Source: Gammaproteobacteria bacterium (GTDB taxonomy: Bacteria; Pseudomonadota; Gammaproteobacteria; Steroidobacterales; Rariloculaceae). Taken from it: 64,000 bases of DNA. The stretch covers positions 2,597-66,596 of the forward strand of contig JBJHBT010000012.1 in assembly GCA_050485645.1 (NCBI GenBank), given 5' to 3'. The position numbers and the translations under genes are program-made. Of this stretch, positions 35,373-45,464 are shown piece after piece (the first letter of the stretch is position 1; every line of letters begins with the position of its first letter). The notes beneath the pieces were generated by a model. It saw only the letters and a list, made by a program, of their open reading frames with translations, was not told the DNA's origin and ran no database searches.

Positions 35373-36446
35373 ATGACCCGTCAGGATGTCCTGTCACAGG
35401 ATGAGCTGGACACGCTGCTGGAAGGCGTGGAGAACGGCAACGTCGACACGCGGTCGTCGCTGCGACTGCGCGATGGGATCGCCCGCGCGGTCGATCTCAC
35501 GGCCAACGACCGCATCGTTCGCGGACGCATGCCGACACTGGAAATGATCGGAAACCGCTTCTGCCGCAATCTGCGGGTCAGCCTGTTCAATCTGCTGCAC
35601 CGTTACGTGAACGTGTCATTCGGGGCCGTACGGGTACTGAAGCTGTCCGAATACATGGCCACCCTGACGGCGCCGACCAGTCTGAACATGGTGCGCATGG
35701 CGCCGCTGCATGGCAACGGCCTGTTTCTGTTTGATTGCGGCCTCGTGTACTCACTGGTGGAGACCTACTTCGGTGGTGAGGGACGCCCCTACAGCAGCAA
35801 TGACAGCCGCGAGTTCACGGCGACGGAAACGCGCGTCGTGCAGCTGGCGCTGGATCGCTGCCTGGAAGCCATGAACGACGCCTGGTCGCCGGTGTCGGCC
35901 ATCGAATTCGAGTATGTGAGTTCGGAAGTCAACCCGCAGTTCGCGACCATTGTCAGCCCGACGGAGATGGTGGTCGTGCTCACTTTCACGCTGCAGCTGG
36001 ACGCGGTGGGTGGCGAACTGCACGTGGCGCTGCCGTACGCATCGCTGGAGCCGATACGCGATCTGCTCGACGCTGGCGTGCAGAGCGATCGTGACGTACG
36101 CGATGACCGCTGGCTGAAGTCGATTCTCGCCGAACTCGAATGCGCCGAAGTGGAACTGCATTCCACCCTGCTGCGCACCCAGCTCAGCCTCAGCCGACTG
36201 CTGGCGCTCAAGCCCGGCGACGTGATTCCGATCGAACTGCCGGATCAGGTTTCGCTGTGCGCCGAAGGCGTACCGCTGTACCGGGGTCGTTTTGGTGTGG
36301 CGAACGGCAGCAATGCGATCGAGCTGACCGAGCGGGTGGTACTGGACGGCGCGACCACGATCAACGCCGACTCCCGAACCGTGAAGCAGAGTGCCAGCCG
36401 CCGCCTGGCCACGACGGCGACGGTCGAGCCCGACAGCGCCCCGTAA
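35373..36446 (+). CDS. fliM: Flagellar motor switch protein FliM
   Basis: N-terminal VLSQDELDTLL (CheY-P binding-like LSQxEIDxLL motif) and a middle domain with GGEGRPY. 357 aa. Confidence 0.95.
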   Translation: MTRQDVLSQDELDTLLEGVENGNVDTRSSLRLRDGIARAVDLTANDRIVRGRMPTLEMIGNRFCRNLRVSLFNLLHRYVNVSFGAVRVLKLSEYMATLTAPTSLNMVRMAPLHGNGLFLFDCGLVYSLVETYFGGEGRPYSSNDSREFTATETRVVQLALDRCLEAMNDAWSPVSAIEFEYVSSEVNPQFATIVSPTEMVVVLTFTLQLDAVGGELHVALPYASLEPIRDLLDAGVQSDRDVRDDRWLKSILAELECAEVELHSTLLRTQLSLSRLLALKPGDVIPIELPDQVSLCAEGVPLYRGRFGVANGSNAIELTERVVLDGATTINADSRTVKQSASRRLATTATVEPDSAP

Positions 36447-36487
36447 CGAAACGTCCCAGGACAACGTCAACTGCAAGGAACCCCGAC

Positions 36488-36850
36488 ATGAGCGAAACCA
36501 AACAGGCCGCCGCCGCGACAGGCGGCGCCAGCGAGGCGGTGAAGATGCCGGAACTGAAGTCCGGTACGGCGACCGCCGGCGATGCGTCCGATCGCAATCT
36601 CGACATGCTGCTGGACATACCGGTGACGATCTCGATGGAAATCGGCCGCACGCGAGTGCCGATCCGCAATCTTCTTCAGCTCACCCAGGGTTCGGTGGTG
36701 GAACTGGATCGTCTCGCCGGTGAACCGCTGGATGTGACCGTGAACGGCACGCTGATCGCACACGGCGAAGTCGTGGTGGTGAACGAGCGCTATGGCATTC
36801 GTTTCACCGACGTGGTCAGCGCCGCTGAGCGCGTACAGAACCTGCGCTGA
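36488..36850 (+). CDS. fliN: Flagellar motor switch protein FliN
   Basis: ATG 36488 with AAGGAA RBS. NLDMLLDIPVTISMEIGRTRVPIRNLLQLTQGSVVELDRLAGEPLDVTVNGTLIAHGEVVVVNERYGIRFTDVV is the SpoA/FliN domain. Confidence 0.95.
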   Translation: MSETKQAAAATGGASEAVKMPELKSGTATAGDASDRNLDMLLDIPVTISMEIGRTRVPIRNLLQLTQGSVVELDRLAGEPLDVTVNGTLIAHGEVVVVNERYGIRFTDVVSAAERVQNLR

Positions 36851-36858
36851 CCGGGAAC

Positions 36859-37299
36859 ATGAAGATGTGTGCCAGAGGCTGGATCCTGTGCGCCGTGATG
36901 GCGACGGCGGCCGTCGCAGCGCTTGCGCTGCTGCCCGCTGTCGCCGAGGGATCGTCGGGTATATCGCCCGCGGCATCGCTGGCGCGCCTCGTGATCGGCC
37001 TGGCCGTGGTCATCGGCGTGCTGCTGGTGGTTGCAAGACTGCTGCCGCGTCTGAACGGCGCGACCCTGGCAGGCGGAGAATCGTTTCGCGTGGTGGCGGC
37101 ACTGCCGGTGGGACAGAGGGAGCGGGTGCTGGTCCTGCAGGTGGGTGACACGCAGGTGCTGATCGGCGTCGCGGCCGGCAACGTGCGGTTGCTGCAGACG
37201 CTGGATCGCCCTCTGGCGCTGCGTGACAGCCGCACCGGTGGTGGCGCGGAGACGCGCAACGCCCATTGGCTGCGACGCGTTCTGGCCGGGGGACGATGA
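36859..37299 (+). CDS. fliO: Flagellar biosynthesis protein FliO
   Basis: 146 aa with a TM helix LVIGLAVVIGVLLVVARLL, then FRVVAALPVGQRERVLVLQVGDTQVLIGV. Confidence 0.85.
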   Translation: MKMCARGWILCAVMATAAVAALALLPAVAEGSSGISPAASLARLVIGLAVVIGVLLVVARLLPRLNGATLAGGESFRVVAALPVGQRERVLVLQVGDTQVLIGVAAGNVRLLQTLDRPLALRDSRTGGGAETRNAHWLRRVLAGGR

Positions 37300-38063
37300 T
37301 GACTCGCCGGCCACTGTTTCGCCCTCTGATCGCGTTGCTCGCCTGCATGCTGCCGCTGCTGGCGGCGCCGCTCGCCCACGCACAGACGGGCCTGGATCTG
37401 GTGACCATCACCGATGCGGACGGGGTGGCGCAGTCCTGGTCGGTGAGCCTGCAGGTGCTGCTGTTCATGACCCTGCTGTCGGTGCTGCCGGCACTGCTGA
37501 TCACGATGACCTCGTTTACACGCATCGTCATCGTACTGGCGATCCTGCGCCAGGGACTTGGCACCCAGCAGACACCGTCGAACCAGATTCTGGTCGGCAT
37601 CGCGCTGTTTCTGACGGCATTCGTGATGGCGCCGGTTGGCAGTGAGGTGCACGCGCGCGCCGTGCAACCGTATCTGGAGCAGAGCCTGGCCCCTGATCAG
37701 GCGCTGGTGGAGGCCATCGGCCCGCTGCGCGGTTTCATGCTGGAGCAGACCCGTGAGACGGATCTGGCGCTGTTCGCCGGACTGTCCGGTCACGACGGCT
37801 ACGACACCGTGGACGACGTGCCGCTGTCGGTGCTGCTGCCGGCTTTCGTGACCAGTGAACTCAAGACGGCCTTCCAGATCGGCTTCCTGCTGCTGGTGCC
37901 GTTTCTCATTATCGATCTGATCGTCGCCAGCGTACTGATGTCGGTGGGCATGGTCATGCTGTCGCCGCTGATCATCTCGCTGCCGTTCAAGATCATGCTG
38001 TTCGTGCTCGTTGACGGTTGGTCGCTGGTGATGACCACGTTGGTTGGCAGCTTTTTCCGATGA
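37296..38063 (+). CDS. fliP: Flagellar export gate protein FliP
   Basis: Start at MMTRRPL overlaps the fliO stop. SFTRIVIVLAILRQGLGTQQTPSNQILVGIALFLTAFVMAP and AFVTSELKTAFQIGFLL are canonical FliP. Confidence 0.95.
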   Translation: MMTRRPLFRPLIALLACMLPLLAAPLAHAQTGLDLVTITDADGVAQSWSVSLQVLLFMTLLSVLPALLITMTSFTRIVIVLAILRQGLGTQQTPSNQILVGIALFLTAFVMAPVGSEVHARAVQPYLEQSLAPDQALVEAIGPLRGFMLEQTRETDLALFAGLSGHDGYDTVDDVPLSVLLPAFVTSELKTAFQIGFLLLVPFLIIDLIVASVLMSVGMVMLSPLIISLPFKIMLFVLVDGWSLVMTTLVGSFFR

Positions 38064-38118
38064 TGGTTGCGCACCCCATGGCTACGACACGTGATGACAG
38101 TCGACAGGGAGCCTCTTC

Positions 38119-38388
38119 ATGACGGCGGATGACGTCCTGCAGGTGGGCTATGGCGCACTGTCGGTGGCGATGATGGTCGCGGCGCCGGTGCTGCTGACCG
38201 CGCTGGCGATCGGTCTGTTCGTGGGCATCATTCAGGCGGCCACGCAGATTCAGGAAATGACGCTGTCGTTCATTCCGAAGCTGATCGGTATCGCCGTCGT
38301 GCTGCTGCTGGCCGGCCAGTGGATGCTGACGCTGATGGTCGACTGGTTCCAGGAACTGGTCACCGGCATTCCGGCCCTGCTCGGATGA
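38119..38388 (+). CDS. fliQ: Flagellar export gate protein FliQ
   Basis: 89 aa. GLFVGIIQAATQIQEMTLSFIPKLIGIAVVLLL is the FliQ signature. Confidence 0.95.
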   Translation: MTADDVLQVGYGALSVAMMVAAPVLLTALAIGLFVGIIQAATQIQEMTLSFIPKLIGIAVVLLLAGQWMLTLMVDWFQELVTGIPALLG

Positions 38389-38407
38389 TGGATCGGTCGG
38401 CACGGTA

Positions 38408-39196
38408 ATGGCATTGATGAATTTCACCGAAGGCGAACTGATGAGCTGGCTGAGCAGCCTGCTGTATCCGTTCGTTCGTATCGGGGCGCTGCTGCTGGCG
38501 GCGCCGATGTTCGGCGCCCGAACCGTGCCGGTTCGCGTGCGTCTGGTGCTGGCGATGCTGCTTGCCATCATCGTGTTTCCCCATGTCAGTGCGCCGGCCG
38601 ACGTGCAGCCGCTGTCGCTGTCCGGCGGGCTGCTGTTGCTGCGCGAAGTACTGATCGGCGTGTCCATCGGCCTGCTCATGCAGATGATGTTCGCTGCCGT
38701 TGCGATTGCCGGCGAGGTCATCGCGCTGTCGATGGGTCTGGCCTTCGCCAGCATGGTCGACCCGGAACGCGGCGGCAGTGTGCCCCTCGTCGGTCAGCAT
38801 TTCGTGGTTTACGCGACGCTGCTGTTCCTGGCCTTCGACGGTCATCTGGCACTGCTGATGCTGTTGATTGAAAGCTTCGAATGGCTGCCGCCCGCCTCGT
38901 CGGGGCTTGGTGCCCTCGGGTTCCGCGAGCTGGCGGGCTGGGGCAGTCGGATGTTCGAGGCGGCCATTCTGGTTGCGCTGCCGGCGTCAGCCGCATTGCT
39001 GGTGGCCAGCGTGTCGATGGGACTGATCGCGCGCAGCGCACCGCAGCTCAACATTTTCGCCGTCGGGTTTCCAATGACGCTGATGCTGGGTATCGCCGCG
39101 CTGCTGTTCAGCATGCCGCTGCTCGTCGGGCAGGTGGAGCTGGTGCTGAGCGCCGTGCTCGATCATGCGCGCACGGTGTTCGGAGGCTGGCAGTGA
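38408..39196 (+). CDS. fliR: Flagellar export gate protein FliR
   Basis: 262-aa polytopic ORF. LLYPFVRIGALLLAAPMFG and IGVSIGLLMQMMFAAV are typical FliR. Confidence 0.93.
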   Translation: MALMNFTEGELMSWLSSLLYPFVRIGALLLAAPMFGARTVPVRVRLVLAMLLAIIVFPHVSAPADVQPLSLSGGLLLLREVLIGVSIGLLMQMMFAAVAIAGEVIALSMGLAFASMVDPERGGSVPLVGQHFVVYATLLFLAFDGHLALLMLLIESFEWLPPASSGLGALGFRELAGWGSRMFEAAILVALPASAALLVASVSMGLIARSAPQLNIFAVGFPMTLMLGIAALLFSMPLLVGQVELVLSAVLDHARTVFGGWQ

Positions 39197-40335
39197 GCGA
39201 ACAGCAGGCCCAGGAACGCACCGAGCAACCCACGCCCAAGCGCTTGCAGAAGGCTCGGGAGAAGGGCCAGGTGCCGCGCTCCCGTGAGCTGAACACGATG
39301 GCGGTGGCACTGGCCGGTGCCGCTGCGCTGGTGATGTTCGGCGGCTGGATGGTCGAAGGTATGCGGCAGGTGATGGTGACTGCGCTGTCCGCACCCGCCA
39401 CGGCGGGACAGGAACACAGCATCGTGGTCGAGGCGCTGGCTGGCGCGATGATCGACGCGCTGTTCGTGATCACGCCGATTCTGGTGGTTGCGTTTGTCGC
39501 GGCCCTCGCCGGACCGGTGATGATCGGCGGCATGAATTTCAGTTTCGCCGCGGCCCGTCCGAAATTCGATCGCCTGAATCCCGTCAGCGGCCTGAAACGG
39601 ATTTTCTCGGCGCAGGGTGCGATGGAACTGGTCAAGACGGTGTTGAAGTTCACCGTGCTCACCAGCGTCGCCATCGTACTGCTGTGGATGGTCAGCGATG
39701 AACTGCTGGCGCTGGGACGCGGCTCGGTCGAGGCGGGCATGGTCAATGGTGCAAGGATCGTGCAGCGCGCTGCGCTGCTGCTGGCCGGCGGGCTGGTGCT
39801 GATCGCCGCCATCGACGCGCCGTTTCAGCTGTGGAATCACCTGCGCCAGCTGCGCATGACGCGCCAGGAAATCAAGGACGAACTGAAGGAAAGCGACGGC
39901 AATCCGGAGATGCGCGGGCGACTGCGTCGCGCGCAGCGTGCCGCCGCCAATGCGCGCATGATGCACGAAGTGCCGGATGCCGATATCGTGATCACCAATC
40001 CGGTGCATTTCGCCGTGGCGCTGCGCTACACCGATCGCCCGGACCGCGCGCCGCGCGTGGTGGCCAAGGGACGCGATCTGGTTGCCGCGCGCATCCGCGA
40101 TCTTGCCGCCGAGCATTCCGTGGTGACCTGTCAGTCGCCGGCGCTGGCGCGCGCCATCTATTTCCATACCGAGCTTGGTCACGAGATTCCCGCGGGGCTG
40201 TATCTGGCCGTTGCCCGCGTGCTTGCGTGGGTCATGCAGGTGAATGCGGCCATGAAGGGCGGCACGCCGACGCCGGCGTTCCCGCAGGGACTGGTGGTGC
40301 CGGATGAGTTCTTTGTCGGCGAGGTGGCGCGATGA
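39193..40335 (+). CDS. flhB: Flagellar export switch protein FlhB
   Basis: GTG 39193 overlaps the fliR stop. VSEQQAQERTEQPTPKRLQKAREKGQVPRSREL is the canonical N-terminus, and the NPVH autocleavage site (ITNPVHFAVALRY) is present. Confidence 0.93.
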   Translation: MSEQQAQERTEQPTPKRLQKAREKGQVPRSRELNTMAVALAGAAALVMFGGWMVEGMRQVMVTALSAPATAGQEHSIVVEALAGAMIDALFVITPILVVAFVAALAGPVMIGGMNFSFAAARPKFDRLNPVSGLKRIFSAQGAMELVKTVLKFTVLTSVAIVLLWMVSDELLALGRGSVEAGMVNGARIVQRAALLLAGGLVLIAAIDAPFQLWNHLRQLRMTRQEIKDELKESDGNPEMRGRLRRAQRAAANARMMHEVPDADIVITNPVHFAVALRYTDRPDRAPRVVAKGRDLVAARIRDLAAEHSVVTCQSPALARAIYFHTELGHEIPAGLYLAVARVLAWVMQVNAAMKGGTPTPAFPQGLVVPDEFFVGEVAR

Positions 40336-42446
40336 GCGCGATCAGTACACCGGTGAATCGCTGGCAGGTGCTGAGTCTGGGTACGCCGCTGCTGGTGCTG
40401 GCCCTGCTGGGCATGATCGTCATGCCCGTGCCGCCGCTGGTGCTGGACGTGTTCTTCACCTTCAACATCGCGCTGGCGCTGATCGTCATTCTCATGACCG
40501 TCTATACGCAGCGGCCGCTGGAATTCAGCATCTTCCCGAGCGTGCTGCTGGTGGCGACGCTGCTCAGGCTGGCGCTGAACATTGCCTCCACACGGGTGAT
40601 TCTGCTCAACGGACACTCCGGCACGGGCTCGGCAGGGCGGGTGATCGAGTCGTTCGGCGAGTTTGTGATGGGCGGCAATTTCGCCGTGGGCCTGGCGGTG
40701 TTCGCGATTCTCGTCATCATCAACTTCGTGGTCGTGACCAAGGGTGCCGGCCGCGTCTCGGAAGTCAGCGCCCGCTTCACGCTCGACGCCATGCCCGGCA
40801 AGCAGATGGCCATCGACGCCGATCTGAATGCCGGCATCCTCACCCAGGACGAAGCCAGACGGCGGCGCGAGGAAGTGTCGCAGGAAGCGGATTTCTACGG
40901 CTCCATGGACGGCGCCAGCAAGTTTGTGCGCGGTGATGCCATCGCCGGCATCCTGATCCTGTTCATCAACATTCTCGGCGGCCTTGCCATCGGCATGGCA
41001 TCGCACGGCCTCAGCCTGGCGGATGCGGCAACCAACTACGTGCTGCTCACGGTGGGTGACGGCCTGGTCGCGCAGATTCCGTCACTGGTGCTGTCCACGG
41101 CAACGGCCATCATTGTCACGCGTGTGTCCGCGGCCCGTGACATGGGCGAGCAGGTGGGTGAACAGCTGCTCAGCAATCCGCGGGCGTTCTTTACCGTGGC
41201 CGGCGTGATCGGTGTGCTGGGTCTGGTGCCGGGTATGCCCAGCGGCGTGTTCCTGCTGCTGGCCGCACTGTTCGTGGCCGTCGGCTGGGTGATACGCGCG
41301 CGTGCCACGCAGCAGGACGCGGAGGAGACGCCCGAGGTCGGCAAGCCGGCGGTTGACCAGGAGCGCGATCTGTCCTGGGACGACGTACCGCCGGTGGATC
41401 TGATCGGGCTGGAGCTGGGTTATCGGCTGATTCCGCTGATCGACACGAAGCAGGGCGGCAGCCTGCTCGGGCGCGTCAAAGGCGTGCGGCGCAAGCTGTC
41501 GCAGGAGCTGGGCTTCCTGCTGCAGGCCGTGCACATACGCGACAACCTGGAACTGGCGCCCACGGGTTACCGGATCAATCTGCTCGGCGTTCCAGTGGGT
41601 GACGGTGAGGTCATTCCGGACCGCGAACTGGCCATCAATCCCGGGCGTGTGTACGGCACCATCGGCGGCCAGGAAACCCGCGATCCGGCTTTCGGCCTGG
41701 AAGCGGTGTGGATCGAGCCGGCGCAGCGCGAGAAAGCCCAGCAGCTGGGTTACACGGTGGTGGACGCGGGCACGGTGATCGCAACGCATCTCAGTCGCGT
41801 GCTGAAGGAGCACGCACACGAACTGCTGGGTCACGAGGAAGCGCAGGCACTGCTCGACATGCTGGCGCGCACACATCCGAAGCTGGTGGAGAACCTCGTG
41901 CCCAAGGCACTGGAACTGGGTGTGGTGCTGCGCGTGCTGCAGAACCTGCTCGCCGAACAGGTACCGGTGCGTGACATGCGCAGTATCGCCGAAGCGCTCG
42001 CGCAGCAGGCAGGCAGAACACAGGATGCGGATGCGCTGACCGCGACGGCACGTGCAGCGCTTGGACGTTCGATCGTGCAGTGCATCGCCGGCGGCAGCGG
42101 AGAGCTGCCGCTGATTGCACTGGATCCGGCGCTGGAGCAGTTGCTGCACAAGGCGTTCGGGCAGGGTGGCGGTGGTGCGATCGAACCTGGTCTGGCCGCC
42201 CGGTTGCAGCAGTCGCTGCGCGATCTGGTGCAGCGTCAGGAAGTGGAAGGTCAGCCCTCGGTGCTGGTGGTGGGTCCGGAGATCCGCACGCTGGTTTCGC
42301 GCTGGCTCAGGCCTTCGATCTATGGCCTGCATGTGATGGCCTATACGGAAATTCCGGACAACCGGGCGGTGAAGATCGTCGCGAGTGTGGGTGGAGATAA
42401 CGGCGCCGGCCTGTTGCCGGCAGGTTCGGGCGGTGCAACCGCCTGA
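40332..42446 (+). CDS. flhA: Flagellar export gate protein FlhA
   Basis: 704 aa. ATGA overlap with flhB. FPSVLLVATLLRLALNIASTRVIL, VVTKGAGRVSEVSARFTLDAMPGKQMAIDADLNAG and a conserved cytoplasmic domain. Confidence 0.97.
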   Translation: MSAISTPVNRWQVLSLGTPLLVLALLGMIVMPVPPLVLDVFFTFNIALALIVILMTVYTQRPLEFSIFPSVLLVATLLRLALNIASTRVILLNGHSGTGSAGRVIESFGEFVMGGNFAVGLAVFAILVIINFVVVTKGAGRVSEVSARFTLDAMPGKQMAIDADLNAGILTQDEARRRREEVSQEADFYGSMDGASKFVRGDAIAGILILFINILGGLAIGMASHGLSLADAATNYVLLTVGDGLVAQIPSLVLSTATAIIVTRVSAARDMGEQVGEQLLSNPRAFFTVAGVIGVLGLVPGMPSGVFLLLAALFVAVGWVIRARATQQDAEETPEVGKPAVDQERDLSWDDVPPVDLIGLELGYRLIPLIDTKQGGSLLGRVKGVRRKLSQELGFLLQAVHIRDNLELAPTGYRINLLGVPVGDGEVIPDRELAINPGRVYGTIGGQETRDPAFGLEAVWIEPAQREKAQQLGYTVVDAGTVIATHLSRVLKEHAHELLGHEEAQALLDMLARTHPKLVENLVPKALELGVVLRVLQNLLAEQVPVRDMRSIAEALAQQAGRTQDADALTATARAALGRSIVQCIAGGSGELPLIALDPALEQLLHKAFGQGGGGAIEPGLAARLQQSLRDLVQRQEVEGQPSVLVVGPEIRTLVSRWLRPSIYGLHVMAYTEIPDNRAVKIVASVGGDNGAGLLPAGSGGATA

Positions 42447-42462
42447 CAGGAGCAGATGATTC

Positions 42463-43851
42463 ATGAACGTTAAACGATTCCTGGCGCCGGACATGCGCCG
42501 TGCGATCAATCAGGTCAGGGCCGTTCATGGTCCGGACGCGGTGATCCTGTCGAGTCGTTCGGTGGGCGAGGGCGTGGAGATCGTCGCGGCCATCGACTAC
42601 GACCCGGAGCTGCTGGCCGCGCTGTCGCGCGAGTCGGCGTCGCAGGAGGAATCGGATCAGGCGCAGTCCCGCGCCACCGCCACCGCCACCGCCGACAGAC
42701 CGGGTGACAGCAGCCCCGATAGCGGGCCGGATGCCGGCGTGGGTGCCAACGCCCGGACCGAATCGCGGGGCGACGCACCGCTCGACGTACAGGCCGACGT
42801 ACAGGCCGACGCACAGGCCGACGCACGGGGAGAGAAGGGGTCGGCCGACATGGCATCGACAGCGCTGGCTCAGGATGCGTCCGCGGCGCCAGCGACGGAG
42901 ACGGTGACCACCGGTGCCGCAGGTGGCGTGAAGGGCGTTGTGGTTGACACATCGGATCCGGCGCTGGCAACCCTGGAGCTGGAGGTGAAGGCACTGAAGA
43001 ACATGCTGCGGGAGCAGTTCGCGCGGCTGAGCTGGGCCGACATGAAAACCTTCGATCCCGAGCGTGCGGCACTGCTGCGCAGAGTCGAATCCATCGGCAT
43101 TGCCCCGGCGCTGGCCGCGACACTGGTGGCGGAGGTGGCGAACATCAACGAGCCGGACAGGGCGTGGCGCGAGGTGCTGTATGCCCTGACGCGGCGTGTG
43201 CAGGTGCTGCGTGACGATCCGCTGGAGCAGGAAGGCGCGATCGCGCTGATCGGTCCCACCGGCGTCGGCAAGACGACCACGATCGCCAAGCTCGCCGCGC
43301 GGCATTGCCTGCGCTACGGCCGCGATTCGCTGGCACTGATCACCACGGACAATTTCCGCGTCGGCGCGCAGCGGCAGCTGGATGCCTTCGGCGCCATTCT
43401 CGGTGTACCGGTGCGTCGTGCCGACACCGGAGAAGAACTGACCGTGCTGCTGGACGAGTATCGCAGCAGGCGACTGGTGCTGATCGACACCGCCGGCATC
43501 GCGCCGCGCGACGCCCGGCTTGCAGCGACGATGAAGCCGCTCGAGACGGCACCCGGACTGCGCCGTTTCCTCGTCCTGTCGGCCAACCTTCAGGAATCGG
43601 TGATGCGCGATGCGTTGCGGTGCTTTGGCGGCGCGTCGCTGTCGGGCGTGGTGCTGAGCAAACTGGACGAAGCCAATGGTCTGGGTGCCGCATTGTCGGC
43701 GCTGGTTGATGAGCGGTTGCCGGTTGCGTGGCTCAGCGATGGTCAGCGGGTTCCGGAAGACCTGCGACTGGCACGCATCGCCAATCTGATCGGCTGGGCG
43801 ACCCGGCCGGTCGATGATGTGGAAAAGGATGTGCGGCATGCGGCAGCCTGA
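42463..43851 (+). CDS. flhF: Flagellar biosynthesis SRP-type GTPase FlhF
   Basis: N-terminal MNVKRFLAPDMRRAINQVRAVHGPDAVILS. G-domain motifs LIGPTGVGKTTTIAKLA, LIDTAG and LSKLDE. Confidence 0.93.
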   Translation: MNVKRFLAPDMRRAINQVRAVHGPDAVILSSRSVGEGVEIVAAIDYDPELLAALSRESASQEESDQAQSRATATATADRPGDSSPDSGPDAGVGANARTESRGDAPLDVQADVQADAQADARGEKGSADMASTALAQDASAAPATETVTTGAAGGVKGVVVDTSDPALATLELEVKALKNMLREQFARLSWADMKTFDPERAALLRRVESIGIAPALAATLVAEVANINEPDRAWREVLYALTRRVQVLRDDPLEQEGAIALIGPTGVGKTTTIAKLAARHCLRYGRDSLALITTDNFRVGAQRQLDAFGAILGVPVRRADTGEELTVLLDEYRSRRLVLIDTAGIAPRDARLAATMKPLETAPGLRRFLVLSANLQESVMRDALRCFGGASLSGVVLSKLDEANGLGAALSALVDERLPVAWLSDGQRVPEDLRLARIANLIGWATRPVDDVEKDVRHAAA

Positions 43852-44719
43852 AGACCAGGCCGCCGGCCTGCGGCGGCTCTATGCACCTTCGCAACTGAAA
43901 GTAATCGCAGTGGCCAGCGGTAAGGGCGGCGTGGGCAAGACCACGGTGGCCATCAATCTGGCCGTGGCGCTGGCGAAGCAGGGCAGGGGAACGCTGCTCA
44001 TGGACGCCGACCTGGGGCTTGCCAACGTCGATGTGATGCTCGGTCTGAAGCCCGTCGCGACCGTGGAACAGGTGTTGTCCGGCGAGCATCGACTCGAGGA
44101 CGTCATGCTCGAAGGTCCGGCGGGGCTGAAGATTCTGCCTGGTGCTTCGGGCGTGTCGGCGCTGGCGCGTCTGGATTCCAGTGTTCAGCACGGCCTCATC
44201 AGTGCGTTTTCGACGCTGCCCTATACACCGGATGCGATGGTCATCGATGTGGCCACCGGCATCGATGCGTCCGTGCTCGGCTTCTGCGGTGCCGCGCACG
44301 AAGTCGTCGTCGTGGTCTGCGACGATGCGGCATCGATCACCGATGCCTATGCGCTGATCAAGCTGCTGTCGCGCGAGCGCGGCGTGAAGTGCTTCCGGAT
44401 TTTGTGCAACCGCGTGAATCACGCGACTCAGGGAATGGCGCTGTTCCGCCGACTGGAAAAAGTCTGTGATCGCTTTCTCAGCATCACCCTGCACCACTTC
44501 GGTTCCGTACCCGACGACCCGGCCGTGGCGTTCTCGGCGCGTATCCGGCGCTCGGTGGTGGAGTCGCTGCCCACAAGCCCTGCCGGCCGGACATTCAAGG
44601 ATCTGGCCGCCCGTGCCGATAAATGGGCAGTACCTCGGTCATCGAGTGCCAGGCCGCTGTTCTTTCTGGAGCGACTGCTGCGGAACGGTGAGGCCTCGGC
44701 CATGACGGCGGGGGGCTGA
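43838..44719 (+). CDS. flhG: MinD-type ATPase FlhG/FleN (flagellar number regulator)
   Basis: ATG 43838 overlaps the flhF end. Deviant Walker A VASGKGGVGKTTVAINLA. Follows flhF and precedes fliA. Confidence 0.9.
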   Translation: MRQPEDQAAGLRRLYAPSQLKVIAVASGKGGVGKTTVAINLAVALAKQGRGTLLMDADLGLANVDVMLGLKPVATVEQVLSGEHRLEDVMLEGPAGLKILPGASGVSALARLDSSVQHGLISAFSTLPYTPDAMVIDVATGIDASVLGFCGAAHEVVVVVCDDAASITDAYALIKLLSRERGVKCFRILCNRVNHATQGMALFRRLEKVCDRFLSITLHHFGSVPDDPAVAFSARIRRSVVESLPTSPAGRTFKDLAARADKWAVPRSSSARPLFFLERLLRNGEASAMTAGG

Positions 44720-44720
44720 C

Positions 44721-45440
44721 ATGTACGCCGCGAACGCTTCGGAAGAGTGGGGACGCCTGGTCGAGTGCCACATGGAGCTGGTGCGGCGTATCGCGTTTCA
44801 TCTGCTCGGGAGGTTGCCACCCGCGGTGCAAGTGGAGGATCTGATACAGGCCGGTGCCATCGGATTGCTGGACGCGGCGAAGCACTACGACAGCAGCCAT
44901 GGCGCGAGCTTCGAGACCTACGCCGGTCTGCGCATACGCGGCGCCATGCTCGACGAACTGCGCCGCAGCGACTGGTCGCCGCGCTCGGCCAATCGCCTTG
45001 CGCGTCAGATCAGCCAGGCCATGCAGGCGGTGGAAGCGAGCACCGGCAGCGCGGCGGGTTCGGCCGATGTGGCTGCGGCACTGGGCGTGGATGTGGAGAG
45101 TTATCACGACATGGTGCGTCGTGCGAGTCAGGCGAGGGTGTTCAGCCTGGAGGAAATCTACGGGCCGGACGATGGCGCCGACGTGCTCGGCGGCGGTGAT
45201 GACCCGGCCGGCGAAGTGCTGCGCGGTGACTTCGGCGAAGCACTGCAGGCGGCGATTGCCGAACTGCCGGAACGGGAGCAGCTGGTGATGTCGCTGTACT
45301 ACGACGATGAGCTGACGCTGAAGGAAATCGGCGCCGTGCTCGGCGTAACCGAATCGCGTGTGTGCCAGCTGCACGGGCAGGCACTGATCAGGCTGCGATC
45401 GAAGCTGAGTGAATGGGAATACGACGAGATATCGGTCTGA
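44721..45440 (+). CDS. fliA: Flagellar sigma factor FliA (sigma-28)
   Basis: Region 2 (DLIQAGAIGLLDAAKHYD) and region 4 HTH (LTLKEIGAVLGVTESRVCQLHGQALIRLR). 239 aa. Confidence 0.95.
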   Translation: MYAANASEEWGRLVECHMELVRRIAFHLLGRLPPAVQVEDLIQAGAIGLLDAAKHYDSSHGASFETYAGLRIRGAMLDELRRSDWSPRSANRLARQISQAMQAVEASTGSAAGSADVAAALGVDVESYHDMVRRASQARVFSLEEIYGPDDGADVLGGGDDPAGEVLRGDFGEALQAAIAELPEREQLVMSLYYDDELTLKEIGAVLGVTESRVCQLHGQALIRLRSKLSEWEYDEISV

Positions 45441-45464
45441 GGACCAACCTGCGGAACGGGATTT